A stretch of 64,000 bases of DNA from Neocallimastix sp. 'constans'. Its lineage: Eukaryota. The notes under the pieces were generated by a model. It ran no database searches and was not told the origin of the DNA. It worked only from the letters and a program-made list of their open reading frames with translations. This document shows, in pieces, positions 51,554 through 64,000 of this stretch (within the stretch, counting starts at the first letter, position 1; each line of letters opens with the position of its first letter). The stretch lies in contig JBODTK010000014.1 in the NCBI GenBank assembly GCA_050613775.1, positions 558,001-622,000 of the forward strand. The letters are read 5' to 3'. The position numbers were made by a program, and so were the translations under genes.

Positions 51554-54500
51554 CTACATCGAAGCTGAGTTATACTTGACTATATTCTTCAAATGAACAT
51601 TCTTATTCATTTGAATTCCAGAATTTGGATCAGCCAAGGTAACCGTATTAAATTGTTTTTTTATAACTTTAAGAGGACCAACAAAATAAGATTCTAGTTT
51701 AGTTCTTGAAAAATTACAAACTAAAACTAAATCACCTTCCCTAATTCTTTTTCCTTCATTCAAACTATTCTTTTCCTCTCTCCTAGCAGTCCAATATTTA
51801 TTTGCATTTTTCACATTTTTAGCTGCTTCTAAAGTCTATCGGTAATGATTAATAAATTTTTCTAACAACACTTCATCCGATGACTTATTAATATCCTTGG
51901 TAGGTCTAGCAGCAATATCAAAAGGCTGCTGATCTTTTCTACTATAAACTAACTCAAAACTTTAATGTTTTGTGACCTTATTTTTGGTAGTTCTAAGAGC
52001 CCATAAGGCGGATGGTAAAACTTCATCCCAATCCTTATTCTTAGAACCCAACAACCTCAATAACTTTCCGATCTCTTTATTACGGTTTTCCGTAAGTCCA
52101 TTACTTTCTGGATGATATGTGGAAATAAACTTCACATATACATCGTAGAGATCTAAAAATATTTTCGTCATGTCCGAGGTGAACTGAACACCATTGTCAG
52201 TTGTTATTACCTGTGGAACACCATGACGAGCAAACGCATTAATTAAGAACTTAATCACATCCTGTGATGTTATATTTTCCGTGGGTTCTGCTTCAACCCA
52301 TTTGGTGAGGTAATCCACCACAACCATAATATATTGATTATTATTTTTAGTTTTAATCAAAGGTCCAATAATATCTAAACCCAAATGTATAAAAGGACCT
52401 TCTACCTTAGTTGAAATATTTTCTGTAGGTTCTGGATGTGGTTGTGACCTATTCAACTGACACTTGTCACAACTTTGCACCACTCTTTTAATATCCATCA
52501 CCATATTATTCCAATAAAAACTTTTACGAAGCCTTTGATAAGTCTTATAATATCCCTCATGACCTATCTTATGGGCTTCTAAAATAAGTTTTACTCTTTC
52601 CGTTTGATTAGTAATTAATTTACGATAGTCATTACCATCAACAAAGTAATCTTCACCATCTATCGTAACAAATTTTTCATTTATAAAGTCTTTAATAGTT
52701 TTAGAAAGCAACTCTTCTTCTTCCTTTGAAGTTAACTTAGTTGCCAATACCACAGAATCATCTCTTTTATTCATCCTAGATAATGAATCGACTAACACAT
52801 TTTTCTTACCCATTTGATATTGAATTTCAACACCAAGGGTACTAACAGTTAAGCACCACCTTGCTTGCCTAGCATTATTAGGTTTTTTATTTTTAAAGAA
52901 ACTGATTAAAGGTTTATGATCTGTTATTACTACTGTTTTATTAGGATTTCCTAATATATAAGATTTCAACTTAGTAATACAATAAATTAATGCAGCTCCT
53001 TCCAAGTCAGTAATGCCATAATTTTTCTCGGTTTTACTTAAACTTCTACTTATATAATGAACTGGATGTTCCTTTTTGGTTTCTAAATCTTCTTGGAGTA
53101 ATACTCCTCCAATACCTTCATAGGAAGCATCCGTTCTAATTATAAACCTTTGATTAAAACTTGGATATTTTAAAATTGGAGCATTTATTAATTTTTCTTT
53201 TAACAGATCAAAACTTTGTTGATGTTCAGTATTCCATTTATATTTAACATTCTTTCTTAATAATTTACATAAAGGAGCAGAGATTTGAGCATATTTATCA
53301 ATAAAGTTTCTATAATATCCTACTGCTCCAAGAAAAGATTGTAATTCATGAACATCAACAGGTGCTACCCACTCCTTGATAGCCTTAATTTTGCTATACT
53401 GGGGACTTAGACCTTTCACTGATGCCTTATGATCTAAGACTTCTACTTCAGTCTGCATAAAGGCACATTTTTCAATATTGATTTTCAATTTGTGTTTGCG
53501 AAATTCTTCCAACAATTGTCTAATATGACTTATGTGTTCTTCTATACTCTTAGAGTATATCAATATGTCATCTATAAAGTTAAAAACAAACTTTCCTATA
53601 AATGGGAAAAGAATCCTATTCATTTCCCTTTGAAATGTAGCTGGGGCTCCGGTTAAACCAAAAGGCATAACCTTGAATTGGTAGTTACCAAATTTTGTTG
53701 TGAAGGTGGTAATTTCTACACTTTCCTCATCCATCAAAATTTGATGATAACCAGAGTAAAGATCCATTGTTGTAAAAATCTGTGCCCCATCTAAACTATC
53801 AAATATCTCATCAATGTAAGGTAATGAATAAGAATCTTTAACTGTTAAATCATTAGCATCAATACATAATCGCCATTTACCGTTCTTCTTCGGTACTAAC
53901 ACTATTGGCGATGACCATTCGGAACAAGAAGGTTCAATTAATTTCTTATTAATTAATTTAATTAATTCCTCCTTAAGTATATCCTACTTAAATTTTACTA
54001 ATCTATAGCCCCTTTGCTTAACTGGTTTCGCACCAGGAATTAAATTAATCTTATGTGGAGGAAGATCAGAAGGTGTTAATTCTTCTGAAGAAGTAGCAAC
54101 TATTTCTAAGTTCTCCTTCAGAATTTTAATTATTTCATTTTTATATTTTTCATTTAAAGTATTTAGGAAAATTTCATTATGAATATATTGCTCTGGGGAT
54201 AATCCTTCAATTTTCTTTAAATCATTCTTTTTGGAATCCTCCTCCAAAGCTTTAATCATACACAACAATTTTTCTTCATCTTCATAATCATTATTAATAG
54301 GTGTAATAACGTCAATTACTCTTTCAGGAGTAATTTGACACAAACTATATAAAATGGGGTGGATAAACAAATTATAATCAATTTGGGTTTTTAAGTTAAT
54401 TAGAATATCGTAAAGAGGATCCTCCTTTTCTACTATTCTACAATTAACCATTAACACAAGATTATTAATCTTTACTGGCACCTGAATGATATAACTTTCC

Positions 54501-55594
54501 GAGTAATCATCATTCTGAGTCGCCAACCTAATTCTGCCACGACTAATATCAATAGGTTCATATTCGGACGGAAGCTTATCTAAAAATTGCTGAGTAATTA
54601 TACTTAAATTACTACATGAATCAATTAAAGCCTTCCCCGAAACACCTTCAACTGTAACATCCACCATGACAATATCCTCTTCACATGGTTCGTTACATTT
54701 ACTTTTATAAGTGCGGTCTATATTATTAACGACCACAGTCGTAGCTGACACATTATCCAACACCCTAGAGATATTAGATTGGTCCCTATCCAATTTAATA
54801 CCCTGTGACATCTTATATCTTAATTTTGGAGCAGCATCCAATAACTGTCCAAAAGTAATATTGCAATGGGCAGAATTTAAATCTTTAAGAATATCATATT
54901 CTTCTTCCCCCGATTGCATCTTAATTTTCCTAGATACCCTAGAACTTTTATTTTCTTTTTGAGTATCTTTATCTTTACTAATTATCACCTTTGTTAATTC
55001 AATTACTTTATTATTCTTCTTCACAAAATTTTTATTATTATCATTATTTTCTTTCATTAAATTTTTATTCTTTTTTTTATCATTATTTACATTATTTTTA
55101 ATAACTTCATCATTCATTAATGAATTATTATTAATATTATCATTACTATTATCATTACTATTATTATTACTATAATTAGTATTACAATTACTACCTCTTT
55201 CATTATAACGAATTTGTCTTTCAATCTCTTTTTCTTTTTCAATTCGTGGTTGAGCTATAATAGATGGATTAATTTGTTTTACAATTTTATTACTTATATT
55301 ATTTTCCTTTATTTCTCGTTCTTTCTGTTTTCGTAATGTAGGAGTTATTATAGGTTTAGGATTCTCCTTCAACGACTTATGAATCCTTTTCTCCGCACTA
55401 CCTTCATCATTATTAACATCATAAATTTTACGTTTAGATGCTCCTACTAAATAATCAACTTTCTTTTTATTAACCAACCTTTTATTAACAGGAGTTTCTT
55501 CAATATTAGAAAGACTAGAATTTTTAATTTCTTTTTGATATTTAATTGAAGCTGCTTTATTAAGTATGGGAGAACTTCTTATCCCATTATTCAA
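51554..55594 (-). pseudogene. pol: Family E pol (PR-RT-RH-IN) with a nonsense codon at ~53984 and 3' disruptions
   Basis: ALIDSCS, FIDD, RTDAS, LGLDIIGP, TDNG, NGLTENRN, VGPLKV. Confidence 0.95.
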
Positions 55595-56518
55595 TTTAAA
55601 CGTTTATTGTTTCTAATTTCCTTCCTATTTTTCTCAACAATTGCTCTCAACTTTGGGCAATTGTTTTGATAATGACCTGGTTCTTTAAAGAAATAACAAG
55701 CCTTTATTGTTAAATTTCTCATTTTTCTTGTTAATTTCTCTATGTCATTATCTTCTTTAGGTTTAATATTAACTTTTTGTTCTAATTTATTTTTAATAGG
55801 AGGATGAAAATTAACTCTATTATTAAATGAAGATGTATTTGCAGAAGGTGAAGGGGTAGAAGGATGTCTTCTTTGATTACTACCCATATAATTTAACCTA
55901 TCTGCTTTTTCAGCAATTTTAAAGACTTTTGACAGAGAAATGTTATCAAATAAGGTTAGACGTTTCCAGGCTTCAACATTGTTTTCAATGGAGTCTGTGT
56001 AGTCTAAAACACTTATCTGACTTCTTTTCTTTTTGTTTAATTTTAAATATAAAGTTTTATACTTAATATTAAAATCTTTAATTCTTTCATTTCTCTTAAT
56101 TCTGAGAGCACGTAACTCTCTTAATAAATTATTTTGATCCTCCCTAATGCCATAAAATTCTTCTATAGCTTTTACAATTCGATTAAGGGAAGGATAAGCC
56201 TTATTCTTTTTATCAATTTCTTTATCTTCTTCATTATCATCATCCTCATCTTCATCATCAATATCCTTATAATTATCATCATCATCATCACTATCATCAT
56301 CTTTATCATTATCATCCATTAATTCCTGGATGACTTTCCTGGTTTCACCAATTGAGGTTAAAACACAGACATAAAATATAATCTTGGAGTCTTCAACATG
56401 TTCAAGCTTTATCCAAAGCTCTAAATCAGACTTCCAAGTTAACATCTAAATTTTCCTTGGATATTATCTCAATATCCTTAAGTTCTTTTTTTAAATCTTT
56501 AAAATTAATTGTACTCAT
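55591..56518 (-). pseudogene. gag: Family E gag with acidic tract and degenerate CCHC; frameshift near the N-terminus
   Basis: ORF 55591-56445; start MSTINFK as in paralogue 38767-39081. Confidence 0.88.
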
Positions 56519-57550
56519 TTTAAAAAAAAAATACTTTTAAAAAAAAAAAAATTTTATTTTATTAATTTATTAATTGCTATATTTATTATTTATTTTTTTA
56601 TTTACAAGTTAAAATTAATATTTAAGTAATTTATATCTCTAGTGAGACGTTTCCTGATAGTGTATATTTTAATTTGCTATATACACCCGTACTCCCCCTC
56701 CTGGACACTAGAATAAATATAAATTAATAAACTAGTTGGAGTGTTCACTATTCAAGCTATTAACCCCTTTCGTTTATCTTAAATAAAAATATATATATAC
56801 AATTATTTACAAGAAAAATTATTAATAACAATTAAAAATATTTAAAAACACAAAAATTTTTTTTTTTATTTATTTATTTATTTGTTATCGGTTATTATTA
56901 CAAGATTCACAACTACAATTGCAATTGTTAAGTTTATATAATTACAACTTTAAAAAAAAACAAATAAACTTAATTAAAAACAAGGCAATTTAACAAACCT
57001 AATACAACTTGAAAAACCACTATCTATTACAATTGCCAACAACGCAGAGGGACCTTAGTATTTCGGTATACTAAGTGAATTTAACCCGAGTCAGGTATGT
57101 GGACACCCAAACCGTGTTGAACGTATAATGAGTGGCTTATAAGTTAATTTCTGCTTCCCAACAGCATTTAACTTATATCTGGCCGGTGGCCAATATGTTT
57201 CAGTATTAACTCCTTCCACAAGTACCCAATTAAACCACTCGCAATTATAACAAAAATTTTAACTGCTATCTTACGCAGTAACCCAGTATATAGTTTTATT
57301 TAGAGAACGCGAAGACCAAATAAAACTGATGTTAATTTTTGTAACAACAACCACAACCACAACCGATAACAAAAAAAATAATTATGATGATAATGAAAAT
57401 TTAAAAAAATTACTTTTTTTTTTTTTTTTTATTTTTTATTTTTTTTTTTTTAATAATTTAATTTAATTCGATTAATTTTAATTTAAAAAAATTATTCTAA
57501 TGGTTCCAGTAGCTTCTTCTTCTTTTTCTTCTTCTTCTTTTTCTTCTTCT

Positions 57551-57568
57551 TCCCCGATATCTCCACCA
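57551..57568 (-). promoter_or_regulatory. Primer-binding site complementary to a tRNA-Ala-like 3' end
   Basis: TGGTGGAGATATCGGGGA, 4 nt after the 5' LTR; its complement ends ...TCTCCACCA as in eukaryotic tRNA-Ala. Confidence 0.85.
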
Positions 57569-58382
57569 ATTTTGGTAGACTCAGGGTTAGTACGTCTAGC
57601 TTTAAAATCAAGCAGGGGGGACGGGGATTACCCTGCTTTGATTTTAAATTATATAAAAAAAATTTTTGTTTTAATAAAATTTATTTATTATTTATTAGTA
57701 TAAAAATTTATTTCGAATATATATATTTAATTTTTAAGAAATTTTTACAATATTTATATTTTTTGTAAATTTAAGGTATAATTAATTGTTTATAATCTAA
57801 AGAATTGTATAGAATTATTGAATTAATTTTATATCAATAGTTCATTTTTGTTTTAATTTTTTTAAATATAATAATGTAATATTTAAATATAATTTAATTA
57901 GAAATAATTATAAAATAAATATATAGAAAATAGCTTTTACTACTTTCTTTGATATTTTAAGTTAGATAAAATGTTTTTAAATATTAATATAATAAATTTA
58001 ATAATCTTTAATTATTTTAAATAATACTTGTAATAAAATAAAATTTTTATAATATTTAATTAATAATTTTAACAATTTTATAATAATTTTTATAATAATA
58101 TTTAATTAATAGTTTTAATAATTTAAAATATCTTAAAAGTATATAATTTTTAATATTTACAATAATATTTTGATATATACATATGTTTAATAATATACAA
58201 CAAATTAATTAATTAAGATTGATTTAATATTATTTACAAGCTAAGTTTAATTTATAATAAAAAAAATTATTTTTACAATGAGGTTTAGGTTATCAAGAAT
58301 ATAGGAAAGTACAATTTAGTAAAGAATTATTAATAATATTTTATAATAAAATAAAGGTTATTAACTCATTCTTTACCACCTT

Positions 58383-59022
58383 TGATACGATATATTTTTA
58401 AAATATTCGTATTTACAATAGTTTTTGGGCACTACACTGGGGAATTATATTAAATTATATATTCTAATAATAATATTATTTATTTTATTTAGTTATTTAA
58501 AAATTTTTATTTTATGATAATTGTTTTGTAATATCTTAATTATTTTATTTTATTTTTTTTTTATCATACTAATTAACTATTAATAATTATAAATCAATTA
58601 TAATATTCTACAATTAATTACTTAAACAACTAATTTTATAAAAACTAATAACTAAACTACTATCCTAACTAATTAAAACATTATTTTTATATTAAATCAA
58701 CTATTACTAATTAACATATATCAATACTTTTTTTAACAAGTTTTTTTTTTTTTTTTTTTATAATAATATTTTTATATATTTTTTCATAATTATTATCTCT
58801 ATATTAAATCATAATTATTATATTTTGTATAAACATTAATATAGAGGTCTATATTATAATTAAATTTTATACTATAATAATATTATTTTATATGATTTAT
58901 ATTAAATATAATTCACTATTTTTATATAATTAATTTTATAATATATATTACAAACTTTATATAATTAATATAATTTAATAATAATTTTAAAATATCATTA
59001 TTTTTCTTTTCATCTTGTATCA
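58383..59022. mobile_element. Solo LTR family H
   Basis: TGATAC...GTATCA with TSD CCTT. Confidence 0.85.
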
Positions 59023-59034
59023 CCTTAGCAATTA

Positions 59035-59857
59035 TGGTACAGAATTGAAGATTATTTTAAAAAAAATAATATATTCTAATAATTAAAAATTTAATTTTTC
59101 ACTAATAAAAATAATCATTATTTTAACAGTTCTAATATAAATAACTTAAATAAATATTTTAATAAATTTTATCTTTAAATTATAGCTAAATTACCTAACA
59201 AACTAAATATTTAAAACTAATCAAAATTATTTTTATCCTTAACTATAATAAAACACAAAAACAAAATTAATCAATCTGATTAGAGAATAATTTAATTTTA
59301 TTTACTTATTTAATTATTTATTTATACTAATATTAAATATTTACTAATTCATTCTCGAAAAATTAAAAGAAAAATATAAAAATAAAGTTAAAAGAAGAGG
59401 AAGAACTAAAGTATTGTTTTACTTTGTTCTTTTTATATCTTTAAAACAATTATTTGATTGGAGTAAAAATAAAAATATAAAATATAATAAAAATATAATA
59501 ACAAAAATATAATAATTTTATAATAATAAAATATAATAAAATATAATTTTAATATAATATTTAATATAAGAAAATAATAAAAATATAATAAAGTATAATA
59601 AAAATTTTATAATAAAAATATAAAATAATAATAAATATAATTTTAATTATTTATAATAAAATATTTAATTGTTTTACTATTACAATATTAAATAAATACA
59701 ATTAATACATTATTTTAAATAATTTAGTTATTTATACATTATTTAATTTCATTATTATATATTTTAATACTTTAATATTTTATTCTTATTTATTTTTTAA
59801 TTAATCTTAATAGTTTAATTTTTTATTTATTTTTTATTTATTATTTGTATCGTAACA
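59035..59857. mobile_element. Solo LTR, D-related
   Basis: TGGTACAG...CGTAACA with TSD ATTA; shares the AGAACTAAAGTA...TACTTTGTTCT hairpin with family D. Confidence 0.85.
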
Positions 59858-61752
59858 ATTAATGGTATGGTTCATATAGTTTTAAGAATATAATAATAAT
59901 TAACACAAATAATAAAATTACAATAAAAATAATCTTGTTTTAAAATCAATATTTATTTATTTAAATTTATAAAAGAAAAATAATAATATAATTATTTATT
60001 TAATAAAAGTAAGTTAGTGATTATATTTTATTTCACTAAAAATTACATATATTTATATTTTTTTATCAAATTAAATTTTGTAAAGCCTAACTATTTCTTA
60101 ATAAACTAATTACTAATTATTTTTATAAATAAAGCGTTTAAATTGAAATTGAATTATTATTTTAGTTAATAATATTATTGTTATAAATAGTAGTTATATA
60201 TTATTGAATTATTAATTATTTAATAATAGTTTAATATTAATATATATAAAATAAAAATAAAGAGATTATACAGAATATTTTATTGTGGTTTAGTAAAATT
60301 TAGTAATTAAAAATAAATTTAAATTTATAACGAAAATTTTAATAACCAATTAAATAGATTTGATTATTTTCAATATAACATATTATTACAAAAGAAATAT
60401 AATATTAATATATTAAGTGGGCAAGGACAATATTCTTGTCTAAAGATTTTTAATACATTATTATGGAATCGGATCGATAATTCAAAAAGGAATTATAAGT
60501 TAATTGGTGATTTATTAACTTAAGATTTCTATTTAGTAATATTTGAAGAATATTGGAAAGTTCCAATTATATAGAATCGAATAATCTATAAGGTTAGAAT
60601 AATTTATATTATTATAGCACAATTAGTATTATTTGTTCATTCTGTATTAATTATGATGAAGAATGAAATTATAAAATCAAATATTATAATAAAATTTATT
60701 TAAAAATTAAATTTTAACCTTAAATAAGATTAAATTATCTGAACCTTAAATAATTATGCTATAATAAAATTAAAATTAAAAAAAATCAATCATAATCTTC
60801 TAGAAAAATTGTGTTTCCAGAAAAAAAAAATATATTGCAATAACTTTAAAAGATAACTTTTAATAATCTTGTTTTTATCAACGATATAATTTCTTTATTT
60901 TCTTTATTGTTATTCTTTTATTTCTTTATCATTCCTTTATTTCTATAATAAAATATAATTATTCATTTATTTCTTTTAATATAATATATTTATTCTTTTA
61001 TTTCTTTTAATATAAAAAAATATTTATTCTTTTATTTCTTTTCTTACTATAATTATAAATACATTAAATTCGTGTAAAAATATAAATACTTGTAAATATT
61101 TCTTTTAATTATTCTTCGTTGTTATTAAATTATTAAATTAATAAAATAATAAATAATAACCAAAATAAATAAATAAAATAAATTAGATAATTATTTAATA
61201 AAAATTAATAAAGATAAATAATAATTATTTTACATTATAATTAAATAAAAAAATAAAATGAAACAGTTTAATAAAATTATAGATTTTAGCTATAATTTAG
61301 AATAGTTTAGTAATATTATAATAGAATAATAGTAAAAATAATTTATTATTTAAAATTATTATAATAAATAATTAATAATTAATAAAAACTTATTTTATAT
61401 AAAATTATTTATAATAATTTTATATATATTAACTTTATTTATAATAAAGTTAATAATAAAAATCTAATAGTAAAAATTTAATAAAATATGAAGATTGATA
61501 ATTCATTTAGTGTATAATTAAATAATTATTAATTTAGTTAATAAAAATAATTTATAATTATTAGAATAGTTATTAAACTAGGAAATAATAATAAATAATA
61601 ATAAATAATAATAAAAAGTAATAAATAATAACGAATAATAAGTAATAATAAATAATCATAGATAATAATTAATAAATAATAAGGTATAAAATATTTTTGA
61701 TAAGCAATTACCACTTTTAGGATATTTCTAAATTAAGGTAATTGTTACATTT

Positions 61753-62719
61753 TGTAAGAATCTATAATTATTTTTAACAAAATAATTATATTTTCTTAGT
61801 AAAGTTATAATAATATAACTTTATTTAGATCATATTACTTTCGTACACTTAATTATAATTAATAATTTATTTAAAATTATATTAAATATTTATTTAATTT
61901 AGTATTAGAAAATTATTTAGATAAATAGTTTTTATACATTTAAATAATAATAATAATAATTTATTTAATCATTCATTTAAATATTAAATTTATTAGTTTA
62001 GTAATTTAGTTAAACTATGTAACTAAAATTACTCTATATTGTATAATGTATTCTGTATTTTATAATATATCTTATATTTTGTTTAATACATAATTTAATA
62101 TTATTTATATATTGTTTTCCTTATATGTAAACTCATATTTATATGATCGAAATATCTTTTATTCTTATTCTTTTATTTTCGATTATTAGATTAGATTAGA
62201 TTAGGAATCGGTTAATTAGTGTTTTTTCCAATTTCTTCTTAAAAGTAATTGGTTTTACCTAATTGATACGATGATCGATATGGATAGAATATCGATCAAA
62301 AGCTTATCTAGGTTTTTCTATCTAATCTTTTCCTAGATAAGAGAATTGTTAAGATTAGAACCCCTTTTGATTTTAACCTTATTTTGACAAAAAAGTATAA
62401 ATAAGGCTCTTGAGTTCACTTTGAGAAATCAAGAGTTATTATTATAACAATTATAATATAATAATAATAATAATAATAGTTTTAACATTTAAAGTTTCTA
62501 ATAATTAATAAAACAAATTATTTTAATAAAACAAATTTTATAATTAAAACTTTTCTTTATCAATTTTAGTGTTTCGTCTATTATAATTCGTTATAATAAA
62601 CTCGATAATTAGAAAGAACCATAGGTAAGTATGATTCTTTTTAAGCCTTTAATATTAGCACTTAGAGCTAATATTAATGATTAATAATTTAATTATAATT
62701 TTTTAATTAAATTATTACA
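61753..62719 (+). mobile_element. Solo LTR family B
   Basis: TGTAAGAATCTAT...ATTACA with TSD CATTT. Confidence 0.9.
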
Positions 62720-62733
62720 CATTTTATCAATTA

Positions 62734-63592
62734 TGTAAGAAATAATAATTATTTACTAATAAATAATTATTATTTCTTAGTCTTTATAATTATTGATAAT
62801 AATTATAAATTTATTTAAATTATAACAAAATTTTATTTAATTAATTATTAATTATTCATTTATAAATAATTATAATTTATTATATATTTAATTATTAAAT
62901 TTATTAGTTTTAGTTTATTTATTTAATTAAATTGTAAACAAACACATTATGTATTCTATTATGTATTTAATAATGTATTCTGTATTTTATTTAATATTTT
63001 ATTTTCCTTTTTTGTAAATTTATGAATTTATGATCGAAATATTTTTTTATTATTTTATTCTTTTATTTTCGATCATTAGATTAGATTAGGAATCGGTTAA
63101 TTAGTGTTTTTTCCAATTTCTTCTTAAAAGTAATTGGTTTTACCTAATTGATACGATGATCGATATGGATAGAATATCGATCAAAAATCTTATCTAGGTT
63201 TTTCTGTCTAATCTTTTCCTAGATAAGAAATTTATTAAGGTTAGAAAAACCTTTTTTATTTAACCTTATTTTAACAAAAAAAATATAAATAAGGCTCTTG
63301 AGTTCTCTTTAAGAAATCAAGAGTTATTATTATAAAAATATAGTTATAATAGTAACGATTTTATATTTTAAACTTTAACAAATTAATAAATTATTTTATT
63401 CAAAAAACATACTTTAAAAATTAAATTTATACAAATCTTTCTTCCTTCTTATTTTTCGTGTTATTATTATAATTAATTTTATAATAAACTCCACTAATAT
63501 TTAGGTAAAACTTTTTTTTATTTTCTCAACTTAATGAATTAATCGTTAAGTTGAAGTTAATAATCATATTAAGTGATAGTACTTAGTATGAT
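62734..63592 (+). mobile_element. B-related LTR, interrupted near its end by another B-related LTR starting at 63593 that runs off the window
   Basis: TGTAAGAAATAAT start and full structure cassette. Confidence 0.8.
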
Positions 63593-64000
63593 TGTAAGAA
63601 ATATTAATTATTTATTAATAATATTTCTTAGTCTTTATAATTATTGATAATAATTATAAATTTATTTAAATTATAACTAATTCATACATTGAGATATTAT
63701 TATTAAATTTATTATAATTATAATTATTCATACACTTATATAATATTAGAAATTTTATTTAAATAATTATTATATATACATTTATTAATATTATTGATTT
63801 TATTTAGTTATTCATTTAATTATTAAATTAATGTAAACATTATTTTTATTTATTTTTTATATTGTACATTTAAAAGAATAATTAATAAGTTTCTGTATTT
63901 TTTATAATTCTGTATTCTAGTTTAAAGATAGTTTTATGTTAATAAGTTTAGATTAGATTTTAAAAATGATATTTAGAAAATAGAATAATTTAGATCATTC

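Larger units (their letters stand above)
50532..58378 (-). mobile_element. Structurally complete but inactivated Gypsy, family E (3' LTR 50532-51530, 5' LTR 57573-58378)
   Basis: Two LTRs TGGTA...TACCA, PBS, gag, pol, PPT TTTAGAGGGGGCA; flanks TTCT/CCTT differ. Confidence 0.95.

Noticed and set aside
57030..57330. TPP riboswitch
   Set aside because: No CUGAGA and no proper P4/P5 consensus; resemblance is superficial.
35440..58378. RIP-type hypermutation between repeat copies
   Set aside because: Paralogous E copies retain CpA/CpG sites and long ORFs; no dense directional C-to-T pattern is visible by eye.

Overview
Extremely AT-rich eukaryotic DNA with no recognisable host gene. The composition and element types suggest an anaerobic gut fungus (Neocallimastigomycota); this is inference. 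The window is a nested retroelement graveyard containing: several families of Ty3/Gypsy elements (Tf1/chromovirus-like ones, at least one self-priming, and tRNA-Ala-primed ones), many solo LTRs with intact target-site duplications (TSDs), one Ty1/Copia remnant, one 5'-truncated LINE and two tRNA-headed SINE-like insertions. No element is coding-intact. Three things are not explained by routine annotation. (1) About 18 junctions where an LTR starts only 2-6 bp from the end of another LTR, often re-using the same TSD, implying integration targeted to LTR termini or to a fixed point. (2) An RNA-structure cassette in the U3 of four divergent LTR types (U-rich internal loop/ENE plus a telomerase-like triple-helix pseudoknot) preserved by compensatory base changes. 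(3) tRNA-derived SINEs, each with an LTR starting about 15-17 bp upstream of its tRNA head. All alignments and coordinates were read by eye, and the family letters are my own labels.
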